NCBI RefSeq assembly: GCF_006345805.1
Contig: NC_043009.1
Coordinates: forward strand, 20,956,001 to 21,020,000
Direction: 5' to 3'
Length of the DNA: 64,000 nt
Source of the DNA: Octopus sinensis
Taxonomy: Eukaryota
Shown one piece after another: positions 48,030 through 60,938 of this stretch. The translations under genes and the position numbers were made by a program. The notes under the pieces were generated by a model that worked only from the letters and a program-made list of their open reading frames with translations, was not told the DNA's origin and ran no database searches. Positions within the stretch are counted from its first letter, which is position 1. The number at the start of each line of letters is the position of its first letter.

Positions 48030-48151
48030 ATCTTACAGCTGTTTCAGCCTGTAGATAAAAGTATCTCTTTATGCTCATATTAGTCAGATGTATTGAGGTA
48101 ATATGCAGTTATAATGAGTTACTTATATATATATAAGGCCTCGTCAGAGAT
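48030..48151 (-). ncRNA. Type I hammerhead ribozyme with a long helix II insertion, core intact
   Basis: Minus strand: ATCT | CTGACGA | GGCCT-(~85 nt)-AGGCT | GAAA | CAGCTG | TA^ | AGAT. Lies in an AT-rich, PLE pLTR-like segment (~47850-48700). Confidence 0.7.
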
Positions 48152-48733
48152 TATAAAGTACAGTTATAAAGGTATAAAATGAAGATATAAAGTGAAAATA
48201 TGAATATTAAAGAAGGTACACATATACAAGAATAAGTATATATACATACATACATATACATATAAGTGCATATACACCCACATATACATATATATAAGTA
48301 TATACATAATAATAATATACATACACATAAGGTTACAGTTAATCAAATCTATATACTGGAATATACATACATAGTCCAGAGTTCATTGTATTACATTACA
48401 AAAGACTATTAATATTATTATTATTATTAATAATACCAATAAAAGAATATGTGCATTCTGCTATTCACAATACATAGTAGATGGAAAATACCACATAAAA
48501 TACAGCATAATACAATACAGTATAGCACGCCAGTAAATTACTTAATTCAATATAATATATTCAATAAAATAATGCCAAACAATATATAATGTCATAATAT
48601 ACTATGTCATTATAATTATATCTTATACAGCTAAAAACGACAATTTAGTATAAATCTACATACATATACACACAGGTACCAATTAACATCAACTAAAATC
48701 ATAGAAAGATGGAACAATGAAACTGTAACTTAC

Positions 48734-49005
48734 ACAACAGTCTGCCCCTCCTGCAGAGCATAGCTCATGTGGCCCTCTTTTGGTGGTGCAGGGCTAAAAG
48801 ATGGAGCAAACTGCTGTGATTCATCAATTTTTCTATAATGTAAAACATCTGAAGCTTGTGATTGCTGGTAGAGAGGAAACATTAATCTCTTAACATGCTT
48901 TGCAGTTATATTAAGTTTAGGTGGTGATAATGTCCAAAAATACAGGTCATCATTGAGCATTGTTGGGACTTCGTTTCCTTCAATTGTGATCTGAAGCTCA
49001 GAAAG
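48734..49005 (-). CDS. Host gene exon C (272 nt, phase 0-2): LSELQITIEG..LYFWTLSPPKL..LMFPLYQQ..GQTV
   Basis: Acceptor tatatttcag, consensus donor GT|gtaagt, 90 open codons, phase matches exon B. Confidence 0.8.
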
Positions 49006-49899
49006 CTGAAATATATTAATAAGTAAAAAGATAGGTTTGATGGGTAAGTAGAGACAAACATAAGGTAGACAAACATGGGTAAGTAGATAGGTAGGAAAGA
49101 AAGTAGGTGGATAGGGTGTAGATAAATAGAAAGGTAGCTAAGTACAATGGTGTGTGTGTGTGTGAATGGTATATAAATCTTTAGTTAAATATATTCTATA
49201 AGAATATTATATACTGAATTTACAGTGAGTGCTCTTTTGTATCAAAGTATTAATACTATTAAAGTATTTATACATTTAATATGAGTGATTATATATAATA
49301 TATTGTGAAATAATATCAGGAAATTAAAATCAGAAAAATTCTTCAGAAAGATATATACATGTGTAGAATAATTATTGTATTAAAAATATAAATATATATA
49401 AAAATATATGTAAATATGTATAAATATATAATAATAATAAATATGACAGTTTAAAATTAAGTTTTTAAAGCATTTTACGATTGTTTCACAAAAGTATTGT
49501 CTCTATAATGGAATTCTTTATTGTAAACATTTATAGACAACACTTCTGCTCCTCAGAGATATGAAATGTGATGTTTGTATAATTTATTGAATGGTAGTTT
49601 TTAAAAAAAATATGAAGCAATATGGGAAAACGTTATTTGTTTGAAATATAAAAAAGTTACTGTTTTTGATTTTGGTAAATACACTTTAGTATGAATTCTA
49701 AAATATGGTTCATAAACGTAGATAATATAAAATGTATGCAAAATTATAAAATGATTTCTTTATTTTCCACAAGGGGACATACAGAGGGGATAATACAGCC
49801 TGGTTGGGGTCAGACACATATAGATGGTTGTAAAATTAAATGAGCAAATATGAAAATCGAATGATAAAAGACAATTACAAAACAATAAAAATAGAAATG

Positions 49900-50785
49900 A
49901 GGTATTAAAACAGGCTCCGACCCCATGAGCCCTGCATCTCTACCGACACCTTCTGGTCACCTTTATAGCGTGTTCACAGAGTCTTTCATACCCAACATTC
50001 ATGCTACACACATCCATCTATCTTTGTACATTCTCACTGACAGGTATCTCCTCTCTAGCCCAACTTTCCTTTGCAGGTAAAAGGCGAAGACATTCACCAA
50101 TGTGACGCCAGAGACGAAGCTACCTGTCATTACTCCTTTCACTCTCAACTTCCAAATCACTGCTTTCGCGATTGCTACTACCACAAGAAAACAATTCTTC
50201 ACTAAGGAAATCTGGTGGATCAATTTTTAAAATTGACTCAGACAATAGCTGTACTCTCCTCACATCTGACAACAGATGCTGTGCAAAAGCCCATACTTCT
50301 GACACACCCGGACACTGAACAATAGCATGCAGGATGGTTTCCATGTCCTGCCCACATCTTAGACAGGCTGATGGCCCAGGATGACTGTGTCTAGTGAGCT
50401 TATCCTGAACTGGTAGGGCTCCTTGGTAACACTGTCAGGCCAGAGACTTTTGGAAATTATCCAGTGCCCTTGGCTCGAATGTTCTTCGAAACAGACGGTC
50501 CAACTGATTATCATCAAGACCCAGGGTCCTCCCCAGGGCATCATTCCAGCCCCTACCAACCTACTATAGAAAGCCGCGTGGTGGTACTGAAACTGCTGGC
50601 ATTGCCTGAGCTGTAGAACTGGAGAAGAGCCTTGTGGCACTCCATGTACCCAACCTTGATCTTCAACGAAACCAGTTTTCGCTTCCACCAAAACTAGTGA
50701 ACCTGGGGAATATCCATTTCGCAAATGAAGACCACACCTGTTCACCATCCAGGTAAAGTAAGAGGTGCCTCAACCTCAATGTATG
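49900..50785 (-). mobile_element. L1/Tx1-like LINE, 3' part (post-RT domain and zinc finger)
   Basis: HTLRLRHLLLYLDGEQVW.., ETILHAIVQCP (CCHC), AIAKAVIWKLR...KDRW. Confidence 0.8.
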
Positions 50786-51190
50786 AGTAACGAAGGATCT
50801 GTTATTGATTCACTGGAAGGGTGTCGATATCCGATCTAGTCACATACAATTTTGTAAGACAATACAGACGAAGTCAGGTGTAGGTAAAAAGACAGCAGTT
50901 CGTTTACTTATTGCGATGTCGTACGTGTGTCTGATGGGAGAAAGACAACCTCTGATGTGCAGCTTCTTGTTAGTTTGTTGATGGTCGTTGGCGGCTATCA
51001 GTGAGGTTGTCAGAGCCTGTTGAATGTACGTCCAATCACGATGAGCTGTGGAGCCGGAGAGAAAGATTTGAGTTTTGGCGGGTAAGGGAACGTTTCCCGC
51101 ACATGCGCATGGGGAAGACTTCCGGTGGCCACCCGGAAGTAGTCCAATTCTGCGCATGCACGCTGAACCCTACACAGTAGCATCACTACA
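50786..51190 (-). repeat. 3' LTR of Gypsy 2 (405 bp)
   Basis: About 8 substitutions and 2 indels (10 and 16 bp) relative to 55602-56000; terminal T>A. Confidence 0.93.
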
Positions 51191-51319
51191 AGGCTCCCTT
51201 CGAATGCGAAGTACGACAACAAGAAAATTTGTGGTGGTGCTGCAGAAAACAGAAGGCTTGCCGATCTCCCAGAAGACTTGGTACATAATATCATACAACA
51301 AGAAAATTTTGAAAGAAAG

Positions 51320-54300
51320 TTAAATGTAGATTGTCTTTGAAAGTTTCTTGGGCCAATGCACTGTTCTGCCCGATTTTGTAACATACGGTGTGCTCGGGGC
51401 ACCCGTTGACGGCGAGGGTGGTGTTGTAGGAGCCGGTGAAGGCAAAGGCGTCTGTGCAGGTGAAGGTGTTTGTGCAGGTGAAGGCGTTATTAAAGGTGCA
51501 TAGGTGGGTGTGTCAAGGTTGTCATCAAAAGATGAAGACGTCTCAAAATGTGCTTTTTTTAAACGGTCCACGGAAACGGTCTCCGAACGACCATTTATCT
51601 CAATCATGAAGACCTTTGGTGTGCGAGAAAGCACACGGAAAGGTCCTTTATAGGGAGAAACAAGTGGGTCCTTCACAGAGTCGTCCCGAACAAAAACATG
51701 CAACCAGGTGTTCATATCCGGTGGAAGATGGGACGGTGGAGATTGCTTTCTGGGAACCATGGGTGGAAGGTGCGAAAAATATGCACGCAGTCTGGTGACA
51801 TAGGTCGCCGGATCATGGGGCTGGGAAGTGTCTGGCACCAACATCGTACCAGGCAATGCCAGTGTGGTACCATACAGCAGCTCTGCAGCAGAAAACCCCA
51901 GGTCTGCCTTGACAGCAGTCCGACAGCCGAGAAGCACAATGGGCAGAAATTCAATCCAGGACTGTGGGTCTGAAGAGGCACGAAGAGTGGCCTTGAGCTG
52001 TCTATGGAACCGCTCAACCAATCCATTAGACGCTGGATGGTAGCTTGTAGTGTGGATATGGTGCATACCCCAAATTCGTGACAATTCGCGAAATAGCGAG
52101 GCTTCAAACTGACGTCCACGATCAGTTGTCAATCAGGACGGGACTCCGAAGCGAGAAATCCAGTTTGAAACGAAAGCTCGCGCAACAGTCTCAGCAGAAA
52201 TGTCTGCTATCGGAATGGCTTCTGGCCAGCGGGAGAAGCGATTGACACAAGTTAACAGATAAGAGAACCCGCGACTCACAGGCCATGGTCCAACCAGATC
52301 GATGTGGACATGGCGAAAACGGGCCTCCATGGGGGCAAATTGTCCAAGCGGGGCACGAACGTGCCGTTGAATCTTGGACCATTGACACTTGGAGCAGGTG
52401 CGTGTCCAAGAAGTAATAGTGCGACGCATATTCGGCCAGAAAAACCGAGCAGTGATTAGTTTAAGGGTGGCAGCGATGCCAGGATGTGATAAGGAGTGCA
52501 GTGCTTCAAACACTGAGCGTTGATGGTTCTCAGGCACCAGTGGCCTGGGAGAACCAGTGGAAGTATCACAAAGAATGGTGCCTTCGGCTGACGGAAGCGG
52601 AAGGTAGGAAAACTGGCAACGGGAGAACTTGGGAGAAGTTAAGTCTAATGACGCCAAAGGTGGCTGCTCCTGCGAGATGGCAGCTAAGTCGATAGCAGCA
52701 GGAGACGAAAGGGTGCAAACTGGAAGGTGAGAGAGAGCGTCAGCAGGAACGTTCTCTTTTCCAGGTATGTGTCGAATGTTGCTAGTGAATTGAGAGATAA
52801 AATCCAGGTGCTGAAAAGCACGGGGTGAGAGTTTGTCCGTTTTTGAACACAGGGCAAACGTAAGGGGCTTGTGATCCGTATAGATCACAAAATCTCGCAC
52901 TTCAAGTTGATGCTGGAAATGACGAACCGATAGATAGATCGCTAGGAGCTCACGATCAAAGGTGCTGTATCGTCGTTCAGCTGGTTGCAGTTGACGGGAA
53001 AAGAAAGCTAGAGGTCGAATATGATCATCCACTGTGTGTTGTAACACAGCGCCAATCGCAGTGTCCGATGCGTCCACAGTCAAAGAGAGAGAAGCACCAG
53101 GAACTGGATGTGCAAGCAAAGAAACAGAAGCCAGCTCCTTCTTAATGGACTCAAAGGCTGTCACTGCCTCAACAGAGAGGGTGACTTGACTGTCCTTTCT
53201 AGGAGAGTCCTTTAATAGCCTGGTAAGAGGTAGCAGCTTATCTGCACAACCTGGAATGAAACGTCTGTAGAAGTTGATCATCCCTAGATAATGCCTGAGC
53301 TGGCGCAAGGAAGTGGGGGGTGCGATGCGTTGAATGGCATCGACTTTTGATGAGAGAGGGCTGATTCCAGTCGAATCAATATGATGGCCTAGAAAATCTA
53401 GGGAAGAGCGTCCGAAAGCACACTTGTCGGGATTTATACGTATGCTATAAGCACGAAGACGCTGAAAAAGCTGAGAAAGGTGCTGGAGATGATTTTCACG
53501 TGTGTCGCTCGCAATGAGTATATCATCAACATAGGCAAACACAAAATCAAGACCGCGGACAACCTCATCAATGAAACGCTGGAAAGTGCTAGTAGCATTC
53601 CGCAAACCGAAACTCATGTACAAAAACTCAAAACACCCAAAGGGGGTAGTGATCGTAGTTTTCGGAACGTTGGCTGGGTTGACCGGTATTTGATGGTACG
53701 CGCGTATAAGGTCGACCTTCGAAAAAATGGTACAACCATGGAGATTTGCTGTAAAGTCCCGGAGATTTCTAATCGGGTATCTGTCAGCTATAGTTACGGC
53801 ATTGAGGCATCAATAGTCTCGGTCCGGGCGAAAATCAGACTCGCCCTTTCGCGCCAAATGAAGGGGAGATGCCCATGGGCTGGTGGAGGGGCATATAAGG
53901 CCAAGTTGAAGCATGTGCTCAAACTCGGCCCTGGCCGTTTTTAGTCGGTCTGGCGCAAGGCGCCGGGGGCGTGAGAATACAGGCGGCCCATTGGTGGTGA
54001 TGAAATGGAGGGTCGAGTGGGTAGGCTTTTCCGGTTTAAAGGCAATGTCCACTAGCTCCGGAAATGAAACCAAAAGAGAGTGAAAAGGGTCTCCAGAGGT
54101 GGCAACAAAGAATGTCGGGCTAAGGACCGCAGTGGTGGAACTCCCAGTCGGTGTAGAGAGCGACGTCGTGCTATCGAGAAGCCTCCGACGCCTGACATCC
54201 ACCAATAGATTAAACCTATCCAGGAAATCAGCGCCAAGAATAGGATGCGGGATGTCAGCGATGACGAAAACCCATTGAAAGTCTCAACGAAGGTTGAGGT

Positions 54301-54568
54301 CGAGGCGCAGCGAAATCTGACCGTAAGTGGTTATGGGAGACGAGTCAATAGCATGCAAGACAATCGAAGAGCGCTTGGGCTTGTCTGCAGCCAGACGAAG
54401 GGGCCAGATGCTGCAACAGGAGCCGGTGTCCACCATGAAGAATTTCTTCGACACCAGATCTTTTACAAAGAATGCACGATGTTTGGGAAACGAGATGGAA
54501 GAAGGTGACGTGCTCACCTCCTCCGGATTTAGTTTTCCGAGGGCTTGAAAGTGCACGGCTGGGTACAC
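51320..54568 (-). pseudogene. pol: pol of Gypsy 2
   Basis: [49 protein letters not shown]. ORFs 54284-54568, 53810-54205, 52133-53623, 51320-52132; the last two are separated by one in-frame TGA. Confidence 0.92.
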
Positions 54569-55209
54569 CGATCTGCCCTTTCGGCAGAGCGACTACGACT
54601 GCGTTGTCGGCGCTCGATCGCACGGGACAGATCATCGATTCGCCGCATGAGCACATCGATCCGCTCGGTTAGTGAAATTTGTGCAGGGGAAACTGTCGGA
54701 GGGGGCCCTATACATGCACACAGGCCTCGCGATGGAGATGGATTCGGAAATTCCAGTATTCTATCGGCCATCGTGGCAATCTGATCAACTGACACAGACT
54801 CCAGTACCGTGGCCAGCATTGTCTGCACGTGGGCAGGCAACCTGGAGAAAAATATCCTCCGTAAGAGCGGCGTGTTCGCTGCATTGTCGCTAAGATCCCT
54901 TAGATGGTGCAGGAACTGGGATGGAGTTCTGTCCCGCAACTGCTCGTCGGCCATCAGCTCCTGAATATTGCTCTCCCCCGACCGTGTGTTGCGGCGGAGG
55001 ATTTCTGCTTTCACGGATGCATATGTGGCGTCCGGGTGGGGACTTATTATTAGATCCCTGATCGATGCGGCGAGTTGGGGATGTAAGCCGGAATATAGCA
55101 GGGGCAACTGCTGCTGTGGAGAAATGGCATGTGCCTCAAAATACCACTCCACCTGGGCAAACCACAGACCCACATCCCCCGTGAATGAAGGCAAACTTGA
55201 TGCAGCCAT
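54529..55209 (-). pseudogene. gag: gag of Gypsy 2 (open ORF, CHCC knuckle partly deleted)
   Basis: MAASSLPSFTGDVGLWFAQVEWYF..RSRSRSAERADRCTQPC. Lacks the CWYH..FG segment present in Gypsy 1. Confidence 0.88.
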
Positions 55210-55588
55210 GTCTTTGTCGGAAGGAATCTGTCAGAAAGGGGCAGAAGGTATGATCGAGAAATGGAGAGAGAACATGTGGAACCGACAAAGCAAATCAAAA
55301 TTATGTTTTGTGTACTGTTGTGTGTGTGAGTGCACCTCGTGGGTAACAAAAAATAAGTGTGTGTGTGTACAAGGAAAACAAAATACAGAAAAGGAAAAAA
55401 AAAAAATGAATGTGTGTGTGTTTTCTTTTTTTTCTTTTTTTGTGTACTGAGTGCGATGAATAAGCTTGTTTGTACCCACCTCACCGTACTGAAAGAAAAA
55501 AAAATATGAAAAAAAATGAATGTTCAGTGCTCAATCTGGCAAAAACCTGTTCGCTGCGTCTTCTGTTCTGTTCTTTTTTTTTTCAGCT

Positions 55589-55599
55589 TGGGGTCACCA
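55589..55599 (-). promoter_or_regulatory. PBS, tRNA-Trp type
   Basis: TGGTGACCCCA two bases inside the 5' LTR. Confidence 0.85.
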
Positions 55600-55601
55600 A
55601 T

Positions 55602-56000
55602 TGTAACGAAGGATCTGTTATCGATTCACTGGAAGGGTGTCGATATCCGATCTAGTCACATACAATTTTATAAGACAATACAGACGAAGTCAGGTGTAGG
55701 TAAAAAGACAGCAGTTCGTTTATTTATTGCGATGTTGTACGTGTGTCTGATGGGAGAAAGACAACCTCTGATGTGCAGCTTCTTGTTAGTTTGTTGAAGT
55801 TTGTTGATGGTCGTTGGCGGCTATCAGTGAGGTTGTCAGAGCCTGTTGAATGTACGTCCGATCGCGATGAGCTGTGGAGCCGGAGAGAAAGATTTGAGTT
55901 TTGGCGGGTAAGGGAACGTTTCCCGCACATGCGCATGGGGAAGACTTCCGGTGGCCATTCTGCGCATGCGCGCTGAACCCTACACAGTAGCATCACTACA
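55602..56000 (-). repeat. 5' LTR of Gypsy 2 (399 bp)
   Basis: Minus strand TGTAGTGATG...CTTCGTTACA. Confidence 0.93.
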
Positions 56001-57385
56001 TATGTTTGCACATCAACAGCCAAGGCATCCCTAATCCACCCTTTAATGGTTTTTGAGAGCAGATAGAATGTCTCACAAGTGGAGCGGAGCTCTTCTACAA
56101 GGAACAATGGTTAGACGGTAAACGATGAATGATGTGATAAACACATTGGCCACCTCTGCCCTCCCTTTTGAGGACAGCCACCACCAAGACTAGGGCTCGA
56201 ATATGAGGCTCACCTTGCTCACCACCTCAGACCAGCTCTTTTCTATCTGGAGATCTGGACCAAACTAGATTCCTAGCAGCTTAACCGGGCCCTCCATCCA
56301 GTGTCCCACGACGCTATTCAAAGGCATCGACTTGCCTCTCCAGGTACCGAGTTGCAAGCCAATTGATTTTTCCTGGTTAATCTTTGCTCCTGCCACAGTC
56401 TCATAAGCCTTGATGGTCTCGCCTACTTTCTGTAGGAGTTCCATCTTTGTCACAATGATAGGGATGTCATCCGTGACAGCTGAAACCAATCCTCCACCAC
56501 CTGGATTTGTTGGGATGCCACTCAGCTTTTGCAGCAATGGCTTGAGGGCCATCATGTACAAAAACAGTGAGAGTGGACACTCCTGGTGAACCGAACACTT
56601 GATACAGAACAGCTTTGAGAGAAAGCCATTCACCCGAACGATCGAGTTGATGTTGTCGTACAACTGTATGATCCACCTAAGGAAACCAAGACCCAGTCTG
56701 AACTGCGCAAGAATAGATACCAGGTAATGATGGTCTACCCTATCAAATGCTTTAGCTTGGTCTAAATGGACCAGTGCCCCTCCCTCCAGAATCATTACCA
56801 AACCCTTCTATAGTGTAATGTATAAGATGAAGATTATCCTGGATGGTTCTACCAGGGATCACACACATTTGTGCTTCCCCAATCAGGTCATCTGTGACAC
56901 GCATCAATCTTTTTGCCAACGCCTTGGCCAAAATTTTCACCTCTGCATTCAGCAGAGTGATGGGCCAAAAGTTATCTATACTATCCTCCTCGTCCGGGTC
57001 CTTCCTGACCAGTGTCACCACTCCCCAGCGCACAGATCTGGGGATCAACCCATTCTGCTGCCAGTTCACGTAAACACTAGCCAGTATGTACCTGAACAAG
57101 TCTGGCATACTCTTATATAGTTCATATGATAGATCATCAAGGCCCAGTGCCTTAACACCATCGCAGTTCGCTATGGCCGCTATCACATCCTGAGGTGTGA
57201 CTGACCCTTCACAGCATTCTTCATCCCACTCCAAGAGATGCGGCAGCCCGGCAAGGAAGTCAATAAGGCCTCTCCTACCATTCGGTCCATTACTCCCACC
57301 AAAAAGCTGGGCAAAGTGCTCCTGAAAAGTCTTAGACATCTCCTCAGGTTCATTTATCAACTCATCTTGTCGGTTCACCACAGAT
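56001..57385 (-). mobile_element. L1/Tx1-like LINE, RT part (5'-truncated)
   Basis: KALGLDDL, NFWPITLLNAEVKILAK, LDQAKAFDRVDH, HQECPLS, TDD, KINQEKS, GGLGMP motifs. Confidence 0.88.
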
Positions 57386-57469
57386 CAAATTATGGAATTA
57401 TTTGCACATTGCAAAACCATTGGTCACTCTATGACCGAACATAGAGTTAATGATGTTAATCAATATATA

Positions 57470-57745
57470 TCATCATCATCATCGTCGTCGTCGTTTAACG
57501 TCCGCTTTCCATGCTGGCATGGGTTGAATGGTTTGAGGACTGGCAAGCCAGAAGGCTGTACTAGGCTCCAATCTGATCTGGCAAGATTTCCACAGCTGGA
57601 TGCCCTTCCTAATGCCAACCACTTAGAGAGTGTAGTGGGTACTTTTTACGTGCCAACAGCATGAGGGCCAGTCAGGCGGTACTGGCATCAACCACGCTTG
57701 AATGGTGCTTTTTATGTGTCATCAGCATGGGAGCCAGTCAGATGG
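57470..57745 (-). mobile_element. RTE 3' UTR, antisense
   Basis: CATCATCATCGTCGTTTAACGTCCGCTTTCCATGCTGGCATGGG.. is the reverse complement of the RTE end. Confidence 0.85.
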
Positions 57746-57747
57746 CA

Positions 57748-57778
<31 letters not shown>

Positions 57779-57779
57779 A

Positions 57780-59560
57780 TCCTTCAGGCAGCACACATGT
57801 CTGGCCAAGGACATGGCATATTGTCTGTCCAGGATCCTGAATGAGGACCTGTGGTTGGAGACATGCTGCTTGAAGGTGTTTCCGGAACATCTCGTATCTT
57901 CGTATGCTACTGCTGCCAATGCTGTTGCTACTTCTGCTCCTGCTAGTGCTGGTGTCATTAATGCTGGCATTGGTGGCGGTGCTGGTACTGCTATAGTCAT
58001 CATCGTTACTGTTGGAGCTGTTATCAGTGTTTGTTGTTGTCCCTGTTATTATTGTTATCCTCATTAGCATTATAATTAATGAGGCTGCTGCTGTTGCTGT
58101 TTCTGTCAATGAGCCCCTTGGTTTTGTATTGGCCACTTACTAGGCATCTGCTGTAGTCCCCGCATGAACATCTGGCCTCCATCCGTGGTCTAGGGGTGTT
58201 AACTGAAATACTCTTAATATTGGGGGAACAGCTAGAAGAGACTCTTTGGTTGTGTCTGTTAAATATGTGATTGTGTAAAGTGCTTGTCTATTAACCTCAG
58301 GAATATCACACCCACACACACTTTTACATTGAGGCAGAACATGTGTAGGTAGGGAGAAGGGGAGAACCAAATGACATTTCAGCAGCACTTCCTTCTGTGG
58401 GTGTTAGGGTCCAGCATGTAAATGTGGTTCATGAACCTGCTAGCAGCTAGGGCTGAGGTGCTCTTGCTGACACTCTTCACCAGGTTTTCGAACACAGTGG
58501 ATGGTTGGCAGGAGGCTGTGTTGATAGATGCCAGCCTCTTGTTTAGCTTAATAAGAATAAGAATAATAAGAATAAGTGTAATAATTCTTTATCTGAAGAC
58601 TTTCTAATAGGCCTGTAAGATCAAGAGCTCAAGTTGAGTGTGATGTCTAAAAAGTCCCCAGTGGTAAGGTTGGTCTTGATTGTAATTTTCACTGCCATGG
58701 AGCTAAGGGTGCAAATCAGATCTTTCCTAAGCCTGTCTAGGGTGTGCCCATTAGCTCCTCTAGAGATAGCCAGGGAGTCACCTCTGTAGAGACCAAAGAG
58801 GACAGAAGGGAATTTCTTCTTTAGGGTATCCAGGAGGTCACATACATTAGTGCTGTCATAGGCCTCCATCATCACAGGATTGGTTTGCTTAACCCAAGTT
58901 GAGCCTTTGTTGAACAGCACCGATTCCCTGGCATGCATTGCGACATCTATGTCCTAATCACTAATGTCAGCAAAGCCCCCAGTGAAGGAAAGTGCCTTGA
59001 CTAGTAACCTTTTTGATATAGAGAGGTAAAAGTTGGGTGGACCTTGTTCTGCCCCTCCCCTTGTTGGTATTAAACCCTGTAATCACTTAGGGAGAGGTTG
59101 GTGGTTCTCCTTATGTTGTTGTTGATGTTCCTCACTATGTGCTTGTTTGCCAGACCAATCTCAGATTTAGCTGGGTTGATCAGGTGGGATTTGGGGTTCA
59201 AGGCAAAGTTTGGTTTATGGTCTTTGATAAGAATAAAGGCATTCCTTTTAACTAAAATTTCTAGCCAATCTGCTATATCTAAGTATGCATTGGCTAACTG
59301 TTTGGCTTCATTGTTGATGTTGTATGTATGAGGGGGATGCGCACCTATAGTTTGGTGTAATGTTGTTTTCTGCTATAAACATAGTTGTCTCTCCTATATA
59401 GGATTTTTGTCTTGTCTGAGATGAGGGACTTGTCAGAATTTTTTAGTAGTCTACGTCGATTAGGGATAGCAGTCTAAGGGAGACAACCTCCTTGCGCATA
59501 ACTGCTTTTGTCCGTGCGTTTGACAACTAGTTATGAGGTCTTTTCTTCCGCCACTTTGAT
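57780..59560 (-). mobile_element. Penelope-like element 3, strongly decayed, same group as PLE1
   Basis: MEAYDSTNVCDLL, GLYRGDSL, LDRLRKDLI, DFLDITLNL, VIWFSP, and GIY-YIG end CSGNTFKQHVSNHRSSFR..SLARHV. Low-complexity expansion at 57905-58135. Confidence 0.75.
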
Positions 59561-60626
59561 GAGTTTATTGGCCACTGGCCATTAGGGTCTGAAGAGATGC
59601 TATAAAGCTAAGTGCTTTATGGATGTGAGACATAGGGTAACTCCACAGACTGGCCATATTTATCTTTATCTAATTACTCTACTGCACTATAACTTACAGT
59701 GTGGTTTGCTTTCACATTTGATTTATTGATGATATATATGTATAATATATATCAGAGAGAGAGAAAGTTATAGTGGAATATTGATGAAGAAGCCAAAGGT
59801 GTGCTGAAGTTAAAATCAATTAAGGTTAATTACAGTTAAGGTGTGGAAGTGTGTGTGTGTGTGGGGGGGGGTAAGTGGTGTTATTGTACATTCTCAGAGC
59901 AAAATTATTAGAACCATGGCCATCCCATCAGTTTATTCAGTATTTCTAGGGTTTTCTTATCTACTGCTGTTTCTTGCAAGTCGAACAATCAGACACAAGA
60001 TCGTTTGATGGGTAGTGGTATTTATCAGAAGCATAGGGTGATATGATGTGGTGGTGGTGGTGGTGGTAGTGGTGGCTGTTTTGGATGAATATCTGATATA
60101 GAGGAGACATGTGATGAGGGGGGACTATTTGGGGTGGCTATGAAACCCATACTGTGAAATGTGCTGTGTGTGGGTGGATGTGAGTGTACATGTGTGTGTG
60201 TGATTGTTTTGAAATACTGACAGTTAAACTGAATGTTTGATGATGCCTGGCTGGGTGAAGATAATTTGCCAGATGAGGATGGTGGTGGCAGAGTGTAAAG
60301 AATAGATGAGATGGAAAAGATGAGAAGTTCTTCAGGTAAAGAATAAGTGTAATAATTCTTTATCTGAAGACTTTCTAATAGGAAATTCTTTACATGTCTA
60401 TCTAATATGTAAATCTTTGTGATTCCTATTAGCAAACAAAACACGTGCAATGGAGAATAAATAATACCAAAAGATCTCCATTTTCCTGTTTTGTTATAAA
60501 TTAACTCTGCAAATAGTTTTTCCATTATTCTCAATTTTAATATGTATTTTGACTCACATACAGCAACAACTATAAATACATATGAATTGGAATATTGGAA
60601 TATGCAGATGCACTTCAAGTGGAAAC

Positions 60627-60706
<80 letters not shown>

Positions 60707-60815
60707 AATTATCTTAGTTTATAAATCAGTTTCAAGCAGGGAGTTTCACAAAAAAAGTGAGCTTCAAACATGTGTACAATGTCTGGCTTTACATAAAGGA
60801 TTTCAGTTTACTCAC

Positions 60816-60938
60816 CAGCTTTTCAGCATTAGAGTCCAGTTCATTTAAATCATTCTTGAAATCACAATCCATCATTATGTTGGCAGTTAATGTAGTTTGG
60901 TCATCATCGTCTGGCAAGCGGTTTTTTGTTATGCTTTC
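60816..60938 (-). CDS. Host gene exon B (123 nt, phase 0-0): ESITKNRLPDDDDQTTLTANIMMDCDFKNDLNELDSNAEKL
   Basis: Acceptor ctttataacttaccag, consensus donor G|gtgagt. Confidence 0.75.

Larger units (their letters stand above)
50786..56000 (-). mobile_element. Full-length defective Ty3/Gypsy (CsRn1-like) nested in the L1/Tx1 LINE
   Basis: LTRs 55602-56000 and 50786-51190, 4-bp TATG TSD (50782-50785, 56001-56004), PBS TGGTGACCCCA, PPT GAAGGGAG, gag and pol motifs. Confidence 0.95.

Noticed and set aside
51010-55797. Numerous plus-strand ORFs over Gypsy 2 (and minus-strand ORFs over Gypsy 1 and RTE)
   Set aside because: Antisense or off-frame shadows of GC-richer retroelement coding sequence.
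57738-58136. 132-aa S/T/N-rich ORF
   Set aside because: Triplet-repeat expansion inside decayed PLE3, read off-frame.
59595-59650. Hammerhead-like CTGAAGA...GAGAC
   Set aside because: GAAA is mutated and helices I and III are poorly paired; at best a dead relic next to PLE3.
60025-60702. 225-aa minus-strand ORF as a gene or exon
   Set aside because: Starts in microsatellite, ends in low-complexity sequence, has no convincing splice sites and no recognisable motif.
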